From: Macrostomum lignano
Lineage: Eukaryota
DNA: 64,000 nt
NCBI GenBank assembly: GCA_002269645.1
Contig: NIVC01000578.1
Coordinates: 386,549-450,548, forward strand
Direction: 5' to 3'
The notes beneath the pieces were generated by a model. It was not told the origin of the DNA. It saw nothing but the letters and a program-made list of their open reading frames with translations, and did not search any database. Made by a program: the position numbers and the translations under genes. This document shows positions 38,640-51,849 of the stretch, piece after piece. The number at the start of each line of letters is the position of its first letter. Position 1 is the stretch's first letter.

Positions 38640-39103
38640 TATACTAGTACTGCTGTTGTTTTTGTTGTTATTATTGTTGTTGGCTGTTACTGTTGTTGTT
38701 GTTGCTGTTGCTGCTGTTGTTTTAGTTTAGTTTTAGTTTTTAGCAAACTGGGAAGTCGCTCCATCCACCTCTCTAACTCTTTCCTTAAACTCCGCCCAGA
38801 GTTTTCGACCAGCGTCGGGGCTGCTGCACAGGTCTGCGAGGCACGTGATACCGAGGATGCGGCGAGCCTTTTCTATCTTGTCGCACTCCAGAACCACGTG
38901 GGTGTTAGTCTCCGGTGCCCTCATACAGAGTGTGCAGGTATCGGAGTCGTCCAAACCCAGCCGGTTAGCATAGGCTCTAAGACCTGTGTTGTGTCCTACT
39001 CTGAATTTGGTGTACTCAGCTCTCTCATACGCAGGCCACATGCACTCCGTGCGGCAGTTTGGGCCGGTGGTTCCGTAGGTGTCCCGGGAGCGGTCATGGC
39101 TCC
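38640..39103 (-). mobile_element. 3' end of a non-LTR retrotransposon (C-terminal CCHC zinc knuckle) with a simple-repeat tail
   Basis: KFRVGHNTGLRAYANRLGLDDSDTCTLCMRAPETNTHVVLEC matches the GH...CxxC...ET..H...C pattern of I/R1/Jockey-type ORF2 ends. After the stop come TAAAA and (CAA/CAG)n. Confidence 0.8.
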
Positions 39104-39403
<300 letters not shown>

Positions 39404-39565
39404 GATACTACCTTCATCTTCCCGACTCTTCCGACGGTGGATGCTTCTTTAGCCACTCCCAGAACTCGAGAGCTTCCTTGGGCCGCGCGCTGAGGTCGTT
39501 CAGCCCTATCAGCCCCCACGTCCTCCTCTGGAGCTCCGTGGCCGCGCACACAAACAGGTTGTACG
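39404..39565 (-). mobile_element. Second, shorter LINE 3' end related to 38640-39103
   Basis: YNLFVCAATELQRRTWGLIGLNDLSARPKEALEFWEWLKK* parallels HVVLECDKIEKARRILGITCLADLCSSPDAGRKLWAEFKE and runs almost directly into the (CAA)n tail. Confidence 0.6.
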
Positions 39566-40705
39566 TCAGTTGGGCTGCTGCTACTACATGTGTCACAATC
39601 GATAAAGTCGCTCTGGCTTTGACTGACTACTGTTAGTAGCTACAATGCACCGTGTAAAGATTTAGAACCGCATCATTAGAAGATCATGCTTCGGATAACT
39701 CCGTTGACAAAAGACGTCCTATTTGATATTCTTTATCCGAGCGAGCAGTTTGCACTTCAATGTTGTTTTCAAGTCGAGAGCGAATGCACTGCAGGGCAGC
39801 AGAGATGCAGCGCCCAAGCCAGGCGTGAGCAGCCCGCCTTTGTGCTCGCCATTATCTGAGCAGCATCGCTGCCTACCTGCCTCACTCTGCATCAAGCTTT
39901 CATCCCTTCATATTTGCTGCCTGTTTCCATGCAGTGTCCAACTGCGTGGGGCAATCGAAATCCTGAGCACTTTTACCAACCGAGCAAGCTCAGGACCGTC
40001 TGCTCCGCTGCATGAGCACTTTTCCCCCACCCGCTGGTCAATAAAGTCTTCTTCCGGGGATTTCGCTTCACTGCCGCAGCTCAAATATCCCGGCAGCTGA
40101 GGATCAGCCGGTCTGGTCGGCGGGGGGGGGGGCAGACAAATATTCATAAAACTGCGGACCGCGGGCTGCAGAATCCCCACCGGGATCGCACCGGGGGGAG
40201 GGGGTGGGGCGGGGAGGTTCCAAATTTGGTCCCGCGGATAAGAATGGGATTTCTGGAATCGAGACTTGGGGCGAGCTGGGGAAGGGGGAACATGTGTGAG
40301 CAGGGCGGGAGCATGGCAACTTAAGATGGAGATTTGCAAACTCAAGCCGCTGAGCCGTAGCGTCTTCCCGAACGGGGGCAGCTCTGAGAGGCCGGCTGAG
40401 CAGTCCCTGAGCAAGGCTTGAGCTATTTTTAGAGTTCATCTCGGTCCGAGAATAGCTGAGCTGCGCTGATGAGTGCGGAGTCATTCAGTGCTGCTGGAGC
40501 TGGGCCCTCAGCCATTCACTGCGGCCAGGGCTGGAGTGGCTTTGTATGAGGCCCAGCTTTGACAGGCTCTGTGCGAAAGTCCTCGCAATAAGTCCCTTCT
40601 CACTCAGTTAGTTCAAGTGGCTTTTGGCGCTACAAGGAGATTAGCAGCTGCTGATTCAGGTCAGTGGGGGCGAGTTCAGGGCGCCTGGATGAGTGCATTG
40701 CTGCG

Positions 40706-41165
<460 letters not shown>

Positions 41166-41639
41166 GTCTGGTGGAACTTTATTCCAGCTGTTGAGTGCAG
41201 CTCACCCAGACGGGCTGCCGCAATCGATCGTTCTCTGAGTTTTCTCCATCGCAGCCAGACTGGCTGGCAGCCAAGTGGCTCATCCAGTTGCAGAGGCTAT
41301 ATTTAGCACACGGACATTGGTGTGGTAGCGATGTCCCTCCAGTTACGCTCTACCAACTCAGCGTGACGAAAATTCATGGAACAGTTTTGATTTTGTTTGC
41401 ATTTTTCTGCCCCTGTGAGAATTTGAATGAAGCGAGTTTCATGAAAATTCAAAGTCAGTTTAACATGGGTAAAATTGAGTTTGGAAGATGATGGGAACAG
41501 GAATGCATTCAGATAATGAGTGAAAGCAAAGTACAACGATGACAGAGGGAAGGCGAATCACGACATAAAGGGATAGACGATGAGAGGGAGATAGGAGAAT
41601 GGCGAGTGAGAGCCTGAAACGGGAGAGACAGAAGAGAAG

Positions 41640-42025
41640 TGGAGAGTAGAAGGGAGGGAAAGAGGGAGAGTAGATTAAGAAATGGAGAACGATTTCAGAG
41701 GTTTAAGAGGGAGAGGGTTGGGAGATGGGGAGGAAGAGTGGACGAGATAGGGGGAGAGGGGAGAGAGGGGAAGAGAGATGGAGAGGGGGAGAGAGGGGAA
41801 GAGAGATGGAGAGGGGAGAGAGGGGAAGAGAGATGGAGAGGGGGAGAGAGGGGAAGAGGGAGGGAGAGGGGGAGAGAGGGGAGGGAGAGAGGGGAGGAGA
41901 GAGGAGAGGGAGAGAGGAGAGGGACAGAGGGGAGGGACAGAGGGGAGGGAGAGAGGGGACGGAGAGAGGAGAGGGAGAGAGGAGAGGGACAGAGGGGAGG
42001 GAGAGAGGGGAGGGGAGGGGCAGGA
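41640..42025. repeat. Almost purine-only GA-rich low-complexity tract
   Basis: GGAGAGGGG/GAGAGA-type degenerate repeats. Confidence 0.9.
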
Positions 42026-42584
42026 GACAAAGCCACTCAGAGGCCGCAGTCTGCACATCAATGAATCGCAGTCCAAGCAGTGGCAGCCAAAATCTACCAT
42101 AGGAGTTTCAATGCTGTTGTATATTCAGTATACTTTTCTCAATGTTGATGGCACAGCACAGTGGTTATAATTACACAGCACGGCTGTCATCGAAGATATC
42201 TAATTAGAGCAGTGGCTCATTCTTCACTGAAGCTGCCGAGGCTCAATAAAAAATAGTTTTGCAGAGAGCAGGGCAGAGAACGCACTCTGCAATATAGAGT
42301 GCTCTGAGCTGGGAGCTGACCAAGTGACCAGCGATTCGCTGCTTTCAGTTTCAGCTGCTGCTACAAATTGGCTGCGGATTAGAGTAGTTTTAAGCCAACA
42401 GCAGTGCCAGGCACAGTTAGGGAGCCCTGGCAAACTTGGCAAACTAGTTATGGCAGCACAACTGCCGGGATCAGGCCACTGACGTCTCGCCACCCCACTG
42501 CAATGCAGGCAGTGCCAGTGGCATGAGCTGCAGGAGCTGCACCCGTCTCGGAAGTAAACAGAGGGTGCTAACTGATGGCTGGGT

Positions 42585-42777
42585 GACTGAGGGACTGTGA
42601 GAGTGACTGAGAGACTGTGAGAGTGACTGAGAGACTGTGAGAGTGACTAAGGGAAAGATGGAGAGACTGAATGAACCAGAGAGGGAGTGACTAGGACACT
42701 GACTGAGGGAAAGATGTAGTGACTGAGGGAAAGATGCAGTGACTGAGGGAGAGATGTAGTGACTGAGGGAAAGATGG
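42585..42777. repeat. GACTGAG-based repeat block, left part
   Basis: Contains GACTGAATGAACCAGAGAGGGAGTGACTAGGAC, repeated at ~43668, and GACTGAGGGAAAGATGCAGT units. Confidence 0.85.
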
Positions 42778-43278
42778 TAGGTAGGTAGGTAGGTAGGTAG
42801 GTAGGGTAGGTAGGTAGGTAGGTAGGGTAGGTAGGTAGGTAGGTAGCTAAGTAGATTGTAAATTTGTTAGTTTGAATGTATTCGTCTTCTCTTGTAGGTA
42901 GATTTGTCTAACGGTTTCATTAAAAAAGTGCGTTTATTGAACGCATACATATATACATACAGATATACGTACATACTGAGTGACATACATACATACATGC
43001 ATACATACATACATACATGCATACATACATGCATACATGCAAACATACATACATACATACATACATACATACATACATACATACATGCATACATACATAC
43101 ATACATACATACATACATACATACATACATGCATACATACATACATGCATGCAAACATACATACATACATACATACATACATACATACATGCATGCAAAC
43201 ATACATACATACATACATACATACATACATACATACATACATACATGCATACATACATACATGCATACATACATACAT
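42778..43278. repeat. (GTAG)n (42778-42845) and (TACA)n (42943-43278) microsatellites
   Basis: Direct periodicity. Confidence 0.95.
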
Positions 43279-43629
43279 GTAAATGCAGCCAGCAATCCTC
43301 CAGCCCCATCCTCTGCCAGGTAGTGGAGTGAGGAGTCGCTATGTCGCAGACCCTGCAGCCCACCAACTGGAACTGAATAGCAAATCAGATGGGGTGCGGG
43401 AGACGCAGTTGATGGGCGGCAGAAGAGGCTGGCAGCCGTTATTAATTATTTATTTAACCGCCTTTGGAACAAACTTCAGTGCGCATTTTCCCTATTGGGG
43501 CTCTTTGAGCAGTTTTTAGAGAAAGAAGAAGTGCCAACCTGCCCGCGGATTCTGGGGCTTGAGGATGTTGGACGGCAACACATCTACCCTCAGATGCCGG
43601 GTTCGGGGGACAGATATAAACTTGAGTGA

Positions 43630-44440
43630 CAGAGCGAGTGATGGAGTGACTGAGGGAAATATGGAGAGACTGAATGAACCAGAGAGGGAGTGACTAGGAC
43701 ATTGACTGAGGGAAAGATGCAGTGACTGAGGGAAAGATGCAGTGACTGAGGGAAGATGCAGTGACTGAGGGAAAATAGAGTGACTGAGGGAAAGATGCAG
43801 TGACTGAGGGAAAGATGCAATGACTGAGGGAAAGATGCAGTGACTGAGGAAAAGATGCAATGACTGAGGGAAAATGGAGTGACTGAGGGGAAGATGCAGT
43901 GACTGAGGGAAGATGCAGTGACTGAGGGAAAGATGCAGTGACTGAGGGAAAGATGCAATGACTGAGGGAAAATGGAGTGACTGTGGGAAAGATGCAGTGA
44001 CTGAGGGAAGATGCAATGACTGAGGGAAAGATGCAGTGACTGAGGGAAAGATGCAGTGACTGAGGGAAGATGCAGTGACTGAGGGAAAGATGCAGTGACT
44101 GAGGGAAAGACGGAATGACTGAAGTGACGGAGTGACGGAATGGAGGCCCTGAGAAGTGAGCACTGAGACAGCAGCGGAGAAGAGCTGAGGCCCTGAGAAG
44201 TGAGCACTGAGACAGCAGTGGAGAAGAGCTGAGGCCCTGAGAAGTGAGCACTGAGACAGGAGTGGAGAAGAGCTGAGGCCCTGAGAAGTGAGCACTGAGA
44301 CAGGAGTGGAGAAGAGCTGAGGCCCTGAGAAGTGAGCACTGAGACAGCAGTGGAGAAGAGCTGAGGCCCTGAGAAGTGAGCACTGAGACAGCAGTGGAGA
44401 AGAGCTGAGGCCCTGAGAAGTGAGCACTGAGACAGCAGTG
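43630..44440. repeat. 20/19-bp GACTGAGGGAAAGATGCAGT array (to ~44125) followed by a 44-bp array (~7 copies, 44143-44440)
   Basis: 44-bp unit GAGGCCCTGAGAAGTGAGCACTGAGACAGCAGTGGAGAAGAGCT. Confidence 0.93.
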
Positions 44441-44918
44441 GAAGCCCGCACAGCTGAGTGGGGCAGTCAGTCGGAAGGGAGGCACTGCAGGACGGCGAGT
44501 CCATCGGAAGCCGGTGGATCAGCAGTGGTGGCCAGAAAATCCGCTTTATTGGCGCCGTTCCGTGCAGTAAAAAAGGGAGAAAAAATGATTTCAAGACAGA
44601 TAAGCGGCCGGGGGTGGACAGAATGCCACAGCTGAGAGACCGTGACTCGGTCAGGCTGGAGTTGCTAGGAGAGGAAGCACCAATCGGGTTGAGTCGCTGG
44701 CTGGCTGCTCATGGAATTCCCAAACCCCACGCGCCCCGTCCCTCCGCGGCCCACAGCTTTTATTCCCCACCCACCCACAGAGATCCCTCTCGCCCAAATC
44801 CCCAGGCTGCCTACCCCTCCGACCCGCTGCGCTACAGACAGAAAGACAAAAGCCTCTTGCGGAGCTGCCGGCAACTCGCACTTTTGCACCTCGCCAGCCC
44901 TGCCACTCTCGCAGCCCC

Positions 44919-45986
44919 ATGGGCCAGCAGCTCAGCAGCGAGTCGTACTGCCTCGCCACCATTGAGAAGCTTGTCGGTGAGCTCAACACGACCGACAGTC
45001 AGGTAAGCGAGAGTCACGTGACCTGCGGAGCCTGCGGCGGCAGCCCCGGAGGCGGTGAGTTCAGCGGCGATCATGGAGGCGGTGACGGCGGCGGGGAGGC
45101 CTGCCGAATCGCCTTCGCGTGGCGCGAGTGGGCCAGGGTGAGCAAATTCCTGGAGCGGGTGCTGCCCAACTCTGAGCAGAAGCGGCTGCTGCGCCACGTG
45201 CTGCTGGAGCAGACCGGCCTGAGCCACTGCAGCTTCGCTGATGCCAACGAAGGAGCCGACGAGAGTGACGAGCTCTGCGTCAATGGCAGCGCCTGTGGGG
45301 GTGCCGACGGCCCACGACCCTCAGCCGAGAGCCACTGGTCGGTGCACCTCAACTACGGCGACGACAGCGACAAAAATGCCATCCTCTACCGAGACTTCGT
45401 GAAGCTGTACTTCCAGCTGGATCACGTGACCGCGCCTCCGTCGGCGACCCAGCAGCAGCAGACGCAGCAGACGCAGACGACCTCAGCGGAGCTGGCGAGC
45501 CGGGACAGCGGCCTGTCCTCGCTGTCCTCCTCGTCATCCTCGTCGGCTGGTCAGCAGGGCGTCGATCTGGCTGACCGGCTGGCGGAGGACCTTCGCAGAC
45601 GCTGCCAGCGCATCGGTGTCGCCCTCGTAGTGACGAAGGCGGCCTACCACAGCCGCGACTGCTGCTGTGTGGTGAGCGGCACGGTGGACGTGCGCTCCGT
45701 GCTGCGCAACTCCGGCAGCCTGGAGCTGCGCAGCCGCGTCAACGTTGACGTCGAGGACGCGGAACTCGGCGACCAGCTGCAGAGGTCGCTCAGCGGCCTC
45801 CGGGATCGCCTGGCCGGGCAGCAGCAGCAGCAGCTGCAGTTTCTGCAGCAGGTCCGGGAGCAGCAGGAGCAGCAGGAGCAGCAGCAGCAGCAACAGGCGT
45901 ATTTCCCGATGGTCCTCTACCTGTGCGGGGACAGCAACCGAGTGATCCTCATCTACGGCAGGAGGCTGCGCCACCCAGCTGGCTGA
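44919..45986 (+). CDS. Uncharacterised 355-aa protein with a putative N-myristoylation start (MGQQLS)
   Basis: Long ORF with strong C/G third-position bias like the other genes here. Globular-looking segments are separated by G/S/Q low-complexity linkers. No family recognised. A strong internal donor CAG|GTAAGC at ~45003 makes splicing possible. Confidence 0.7.
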   Translation: MGQQLSSESYCLATIEKLVGELNTTDSQVSESHVTCGACGGSPGGGEFSGDHGGGDGGGEACRIAFAWREWARVSKFLERVLPNSEQKRLLRHVLLEQTGLSHCSFADANEGADESDELCVNGSACGGADGPRPSAESHWSVHLNYGDDSDKNAILYRDFVKLYFQLDHVTAPPSATQQQQTQQTQTTSAELASRDSGLSSLSSSSSSSAGQQGVDLADRLAEDLRRRCQRIGVALVVTKAAYHSRDCCCVVSGTVDVRSVLRNSGSLELRSRVNVDVEDAELGDQLQRSLSGLRDRLAGQQQQQLQFLQQVREQQEQQEQQQQQQAYFPMVLYLCGDSNRVILIYGRRLRHPAG

Positions 45987-46936
45987 CTGTCTGACTCTCT
46001 TGACAGCTGCCTGCCCTGAGTCTCGGGCCCCGAAGCCGGTAAACTTCGCTGACAGACACCTCTGCCCCTGTTTGTCCCGAGTTTGTTTATACCGCGGTCA
46101 CAGCGACAATTCCATATTTAAAAGTCGTCTTCTACTTACGGTCCCAATATTTTGAAGAAAACAATGAAGAAAACAATGGCGCTCGCCCGCCCGCAGCAAT
46201 AAAATCAAATTGAAAACAAATCCCGACTTTCGCTTTCAATTTTATTGACTGTCAGCCGGCTGACAGAGGCGGACAAGGTAGAGAGAGAGGAGTGTGAGAT
46301 TGCCGCTGTCCCGAGGGCTCTTCTAGATGCGGGCTTTAATTGAGTTGCTGACGGGACAATGTCCGGGCCGAGAAGAGACTGGACTCTTCATCGCTGATTG
46401 AATGGGGTGATCAATCACCGAGTGTTCGAGTCCCCATCTCACCCCGAGTCTCCCTCACCTCAGAGACGTCAGATCCCAAACCGGGAATCACAAAAACTGA
46501 CGCCCCGGGAGCTTTTAGAGGGGCATCCATCAGGCTAAGGGGGGCCGCAAAAATTCATCCCATTAGCGCCTGCAGCCTCCCAGTTCTCGGGCTGTCTTCC
46601 TTCTACAGTTCGATCGCCTGACACAGCAGAGCGGTGAGAAATCAGCCCAGTTCAATGGCAAAGCAAAATAATTCTTGTGTTTAACACGGCTATATTAAAA
46701 TTTTGTCTAGTAAATCCAATTGTTTCGGAATCGCAATGTTCGGGCAGTTATGATTTTGTACATGCACACCTTCCAGGGCAAAGAGATTGGTTGATCAGTG
46801 GTGAGTCCTGCAGTTTTGCAGCTCTGATTGAGGTGGGTTGTGAGTTGAGTTCTTGAACTACTCATAGATGATTAAATTAGAAACGCTTTGCCAACCAAAT
46901 ACCGTACGTACAGAAAAATAGAGCTTTGAAATAGAT

Positions 46937-48480
46937 CTAGTAAACTGATCTGTGAGCAGTTGAACATCCTACAGTGAGTTGGATACGCATGCGCCAGCAC
47001 CGCTCCAGAATGTTCCGCCCTGCTCACGGCAGCCGGTAGAAGCCGTGGCCGTGCGAGTAGCGGTGGAAGCAGGCAGCGCACATGTTGTAGTTCGGGCACA
47101 GGGAGCACTTGAACCGCCAGCCAATCAGCGGGTCGGTGCCGCAGCGGCTGCACTCGATGCCGAAGTGCACGAAGTCCGAGCCGTCGATGCCTTTGGCGGC
47201 CACGTTCTGCCGGTAACCGGCCAGGGATGCCTGCACGGCCGGCGCTGTGGCCGGACACTTGCGCTGGGTGGCCGTGCGCGGCCGCAGGTAGTCGGGGCGG
47301 AAGACGGCGCGGCGGTCGCCCGAAACGGCAGCGTTCGGCGGCGGCGACGATTTGAGTGGAGAGTCGCGCAGCTCCTGAAAATGACGGACGACTTGCAGTG
47401 CAGCATCAATGCGTTTGAGCTCTCCCAGCACACCTCACAACTCGCTTCAACAGAACTGCGAAACTGAAGGATCTCACAGACACCTCAAAGAAGCTCTTTA
47501 TGCAACTCTCGGGTGAGAACTCACTCTGATCCGACGAACGGACGGCTTCTCAGCAGCCGAGACGCTGGAAGCCCCGTCGCTCACGGGCCGCAGTCGGTCT
47601 GCGGGTGCCGCGGCTGCTGGCAGGACTGAAGCCGCTGCCGCTGGAGCAGCTGCGGCGGCCTTCGAAGCCTCCTCCGGGGCTGCCCCGCGGGTCGGCGCCG
47701 GCCGGGTGGTCCACCGCCTCCTGGCTGACCTCGACGTTGCCAGAGCTGCGTCGTCAGCTGGAGTGACGAGGATGCGGAACTCCGGAGGGGAGAAGTTGTT
47801 CAGAGCCAGCTGGAACTCCTCGTCCGAGGAGAACGTGATGAGGTCGCCGAACCGGTCTGAAAGCGCCGGGACGACGGAGGCTTGGAGGAACTCAGGAAAC
47901 CGTATGCTTCAATTCGGACTTGTTTCCACTGGCTTCCACAAGTTTCCCGACTTGTTTCCACTGGCTTCCACAAGTTTCCCGACTTGTTTCCACTGGCTTC
48001 CACAAGTTTCCCGACTTGTTTCCACTGGCTTCCACAAGTTTCCCGACTTGTTTCCACTGGCTTCCACAAATTTCCAAGCTTGTTTCCACTTAAAATTCAA
48101 AAGTCCCATCCTTTCCAAGCAGGTGAACTAAAGCTCAATCTATTAATTCACCATTTACCTCTCAGAGACTAACCGCAGACGGTCCTGCTTAACTTGTATA
48201 AAAAAATCAATAACTCCTGCATCAACAAGGTCGCGGCAAAATTGCTTCGCTCAGGCTGAAGATTTAATTTGCTCAGCAACATAGCAGATTCGCGGCACTC
48301 ACCGAGGTACTTCAGCTGGTAGCGGCCCTGAAGGTTGAACAGCCAGCCCAGCTTGCAGTGCAGCTCGTCCAGGTGCGCCCGGCGCAGCAGCAGCAGCCGA
48401 GTCTCGCTGAGCCCGGCCTCCTCCAGCCGGCACTTCACCGGCAGGACCCAGGCGCCCGGGGCCGCACCGGCCGGGTCCAT
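46937..48480 (-). CDS. PB1 + ZZ zinc-finger protein (p62/SQSTM1-like architecture, no UBA seen)
   Basis: Exon 48480-48303 (VKCRL...ETR...QLKYL) splices in phase 1 to 47856 (D-RFGDLITFSSDEEFQLAL, the PB1 OPCA motif). The ZZ finger HFGIECSRCGTDPLIGWRFKCSLCPNYNMCAACF lies in 47431-47028. A probable last exon is 46949-46937. The exon 2/3 junction does not phase cleanly. Confidence 0.8.
47917..48085. repeat. 32-bp intronic tandem repeat, ~5 copies
   Basis: Unit GACTTGTTTCCACTGGCTTCCACAAGTTTCCC, inside intron 1 of the PB1-ZZ gene. Confidence 0.92.
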
Positions 48481-49635
48481 CGCCGCTGTCATTAAGCAAA
48501 GAGCTGCCGAGTGTCTGCTAAGGCTGGCCGCCCGACCGGTCTGTCTCTCTCTGTGTGCTCGGCAACACGCTGCATCTGCATTTCTCAGGTGCAACTCCTG
48601 TTTATCTGGCCTGCCCCTCCCCCTGAGCAGTGTAGGCGAGTCAGAGATGAGCGCTATTGTTGAGCAAGGCGAGAGAGCAGTGCTCAAGCTACTCACAAGA
48701 ATGGGGTGCTCAGCTCAGCTCGGTAGCAGCTGCCTCACCCTCCATCCCGTGCATTCGGCTGTAGTTGTTATTCATTCAAGGCTCAGCACTCAGCGAGACA
48801 CATTTTCTGTCATTTTTCCTTCGACTGTCAAAGGCCAGTTTGAGCAGGGCGCCCCCCTCCGGCCTCGGCCCCGCCTGCCCCAGTTGCAGTCCCGCAAGCG
48901 GCGGCATCTGCGCCCCCAGCTGCTGCGCCTCCCACACCGCCCGCCAGAGGTCGCGCCCTCTTGTGCCTCAGCGATGACGGGGAGAGCCTGCAAGCATGCA
49001 GCTGTGCCTGTCGTGGCCAGAAATCGATGTAAAATATCAAAATTAATAATAGCTGCTTTTTAGCACGTTTGTTTTTTAAACGAAATGCACCAATGCACTA
49101 CTGTTATCAATATGCATGTCGCACGCCAAGGACCACTAGAAGTTACCGCAAAAGAAATACTCGTAGTTCGAATGTTAAAGTCCATGTTGTACCGGTGGGC
49201 CAAGAGTTTGGAAATATTGTCTCATTGATTTTGGAGGATTGACTATTCTTTGATAGTGAAATGTAGACTGTAATTGTAAGCTTTGCCTCATCTTAAAAAG
49301 AGAACAAAATTTTGAACACACTGGCGAAAAATCTTCATTCTAAATGCAACTGATCCGGAGTTGTGAGCATGAAAAGTTTAGCTGTAAATGTGAACAAGCG
49401 GGCATTTAGGTGGTTAAGCTAGTTCGAGCATGCTACTGCTTAATACTTTACTAGTATGCTCATGCAATGCTACTTGCAAGTAGAACAGAGCAAATCTTGC
49501 ATTAGTTTCTATTAAATACACCAACTGTGCCGCCCTAAGCCTGTGGCTTTAGTCAAAATAATTCAGAAATAAAACTCAGATGATAATCATTCTCTGAGTC
49601 AGTTAAATTTGGTTCCGAATGCAATCCTGTGCTAT

Positions 49636-51340
49636 CTCACTCTGTATCTCGCTCTGTATCTCACTCTGTATGTCACTACCTATCTCACACTCTATCCCAC
49701 TAGCTATCTCACTCTCTATTTCACTCTGTTTCTCACTCTCTTTCTCACTCTCCACTTCACTAGCTATCTTACTCTGTATCTCACTCTGTATCTCACTCTG
49801 TATCTCACTCTCCATCTCACTAGCTATCTTACTCTGTATCTCACTCTGTATCTCGCTCTGTATCTCACTCTGTATGTCACTACCTATCTCACTCTCTATC
49901 TCACTAGCTATCTCACTCTCTATCTCACTCTCTATTTCACTCTGTTTCTCACTCTCTTTCTCACTCTCCACTTCACTAGCTATCTTACTCTGTATCTCAC
50001 TCTGTATCTCACTCTGTATCTCACTCTCCATCTCACGCTCTATCTCACTCTCTTTCTCACTCTCTTTCTCACTCTCTTTCTCACTCTCTTTCTCACTCTT
50101 TATCTCAATCTCTTTCTCACTCTCTTTCTCACTCTCCATCTCACTCACTATCTCACTCTCCATATCACTCTCTTTCTCACTCTCTTTCTCACTCTCTTTC
50201 TCACTCTCTTTCTCACTCTCCATCTCACTCACTATCTCACTCTCCATATCACTCTCTTTCTCACTCTCTTTCTCACTCTCTTTCTCACTCTCCATCTCAC
50301 TCACTATCTCACTCTCCATATCACTCTCTTTCTCACTCTCTTTCTCACTCTCTTTCTCACTCTCTTTCTCACTCTCTATCTCACTAGCTATCTCACTCTC
50401 TATCTCACTCTCTATTTCACTCTGTTTCTCACTCTCTTTCTCACTCTCCACTTCACTAGCTATCTTACTCTGTATCTCACTCTGTATCTCACTCTGTATC
50501 TCACTCTCCATCTCACGCTCTATCTCACTCTCTTTCTCACTCTCTTTCTCACTCTCTTTCTCACTCTCTTTCTCACTCTTTATCTCAATCTCTTTCTCAC
50601 TCTCTTTCTCACTCTCCATCTCACTCACTATCTCACTCTCCATATCACTCTCTTTCTCACTCTCTTTCTCACTCTCTTTCTCACTCTCTTTCTCACTCTC
50701 TTTCTCACTCTCCATCTCACTCACTATCTCACTCTCCATATCACTCTCTTTCTCACTCTCTTTCTCACTCTCTTTCTCACTCTCCATCTCACTCACTATC
50801 TCACTCTCCATATCACTCTCTTTCTCACTCTCTTTCTCACTCTCTTTCTCACTCTCTTTCTCACTCTCTATCTCACTAGCTATCTCACTCTCTATCTCAC
50901 TCTCTATCTCACTAGCTATCTCACTCTCTATCTCACTCTCTATTTCACTCTGTTTCTCACTCTCTTTCTCACTCTCCACTTCACTAGCTATCTTACTCTG
51001 TATCTCACTCTGTATCTCACTCTGTATCTCACTCACTATCTCACTCTCCATATCACTCTCTTTCTCACTCTCTTTCTCACTCTCTTTCTCACTCTCTTTC
51101 TCACTCTCCATCTCACTCACTATCTCACTCTCCATATCACTCTCTTTCTCACTCTCTTTCTCACTCTCTTTCTCACTCTCCATCTCACTCACTATCTCAC
51201 TCTCCATATCACTCTCTTTCTCACTCTCTTTCTCACTCTCTTTCTCACTCTCTATCTCACTCTTTATCTCAATCTCTTTCTCACTCTCTTTCTCACTCTC
51301 CATATCACTCTCCATATCACTCTCTATCTCACTCTCTGTC
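49636..51340. repeat. 12-bp satellite (TCTCACTCTCTT family) with a 480-bp higher-order duplication
   Basis: The rare variant CATCTCACGCTC recurs at ~50029 and ~50509. It produces the ESEK and LTLF pseudo-ORFs. Confidence 0.95.
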
Positions 51341-51507
51341 ACACGCTATCTCAGTTTATATCTCATTTTCCCACTGGTTCTTCCCTGATCGCCATGAACT
51401 TTGGCCAGAGCTCAGAACCCGAGCCCTTCATTGAGAGGTCTCGAGAGATGCCGAAGGCGGGCCGGCAGTCACGCAGGCTGTCAACAAAGCCGGGAAATCG
51501 GCTTGGG

Positions 51508-51690
51508 GCCGCCCCGCCCCCGCAACCCGGCCAGACGTCAGGGACTCAGGGAGGGGGTGTTACCGGCCACCCCGCCCGCCCTATATATCCCAGCTCGGCT
51601 GCCGGCTCCCCGGGAACTCAATCTGCAGCTCAAGTCCAGCCTCATTGGAGCCTCATCGGAGTCTATCTTACATCAGATAGGAACAGTTAA
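51508..51690 (+). promoter_or_regulatory. Candidate TATA promoter and non-coding first exon
   Basis: GC boxes (CCGCCC), GACGTCA and TATATAT at 51581-51587, then ~80 nt ending in the donor AA|GTAAGC at 51691. Assignment to the downstream NR6A gene is inference. Confidence 0.55.
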
Positions 51691-51849
51691 GTAAGCGTTT
51701 CTGGGTCCGTTTAACTGACTACTGACCTGCTGTGGCCGCTCTCAGTAGTAATAATCAAATATGGCAACTAGTCCTAAGTTAACTGAGAAAACTTCCGACT
51801 TAATTAAGTTAATATGAACTGTTATAAAATATAAACTTTTCAAAAAAAA

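Noticed and set aside
48600-49000. GC-rich exon-like segment upstream of the PB1-ZZ gene (DLWRAVWEAQQLG... on the minus strand)
   Set aside because: No consistent splice phases or start could be assigned, so there is not enough support to call a gene.
49603-51690. 579-aa acidic ESEK-repeat ORF as a candidate adhesive or structural protein (and the overlapping LTLF/SLSF ORFs)
   Set aside because: It begins at GTG two codons after a stop, and three frames are open at once. Unit-wise slippage of a 12-mer explains the frame preservation. RNA-seq coverage would reopen the question.
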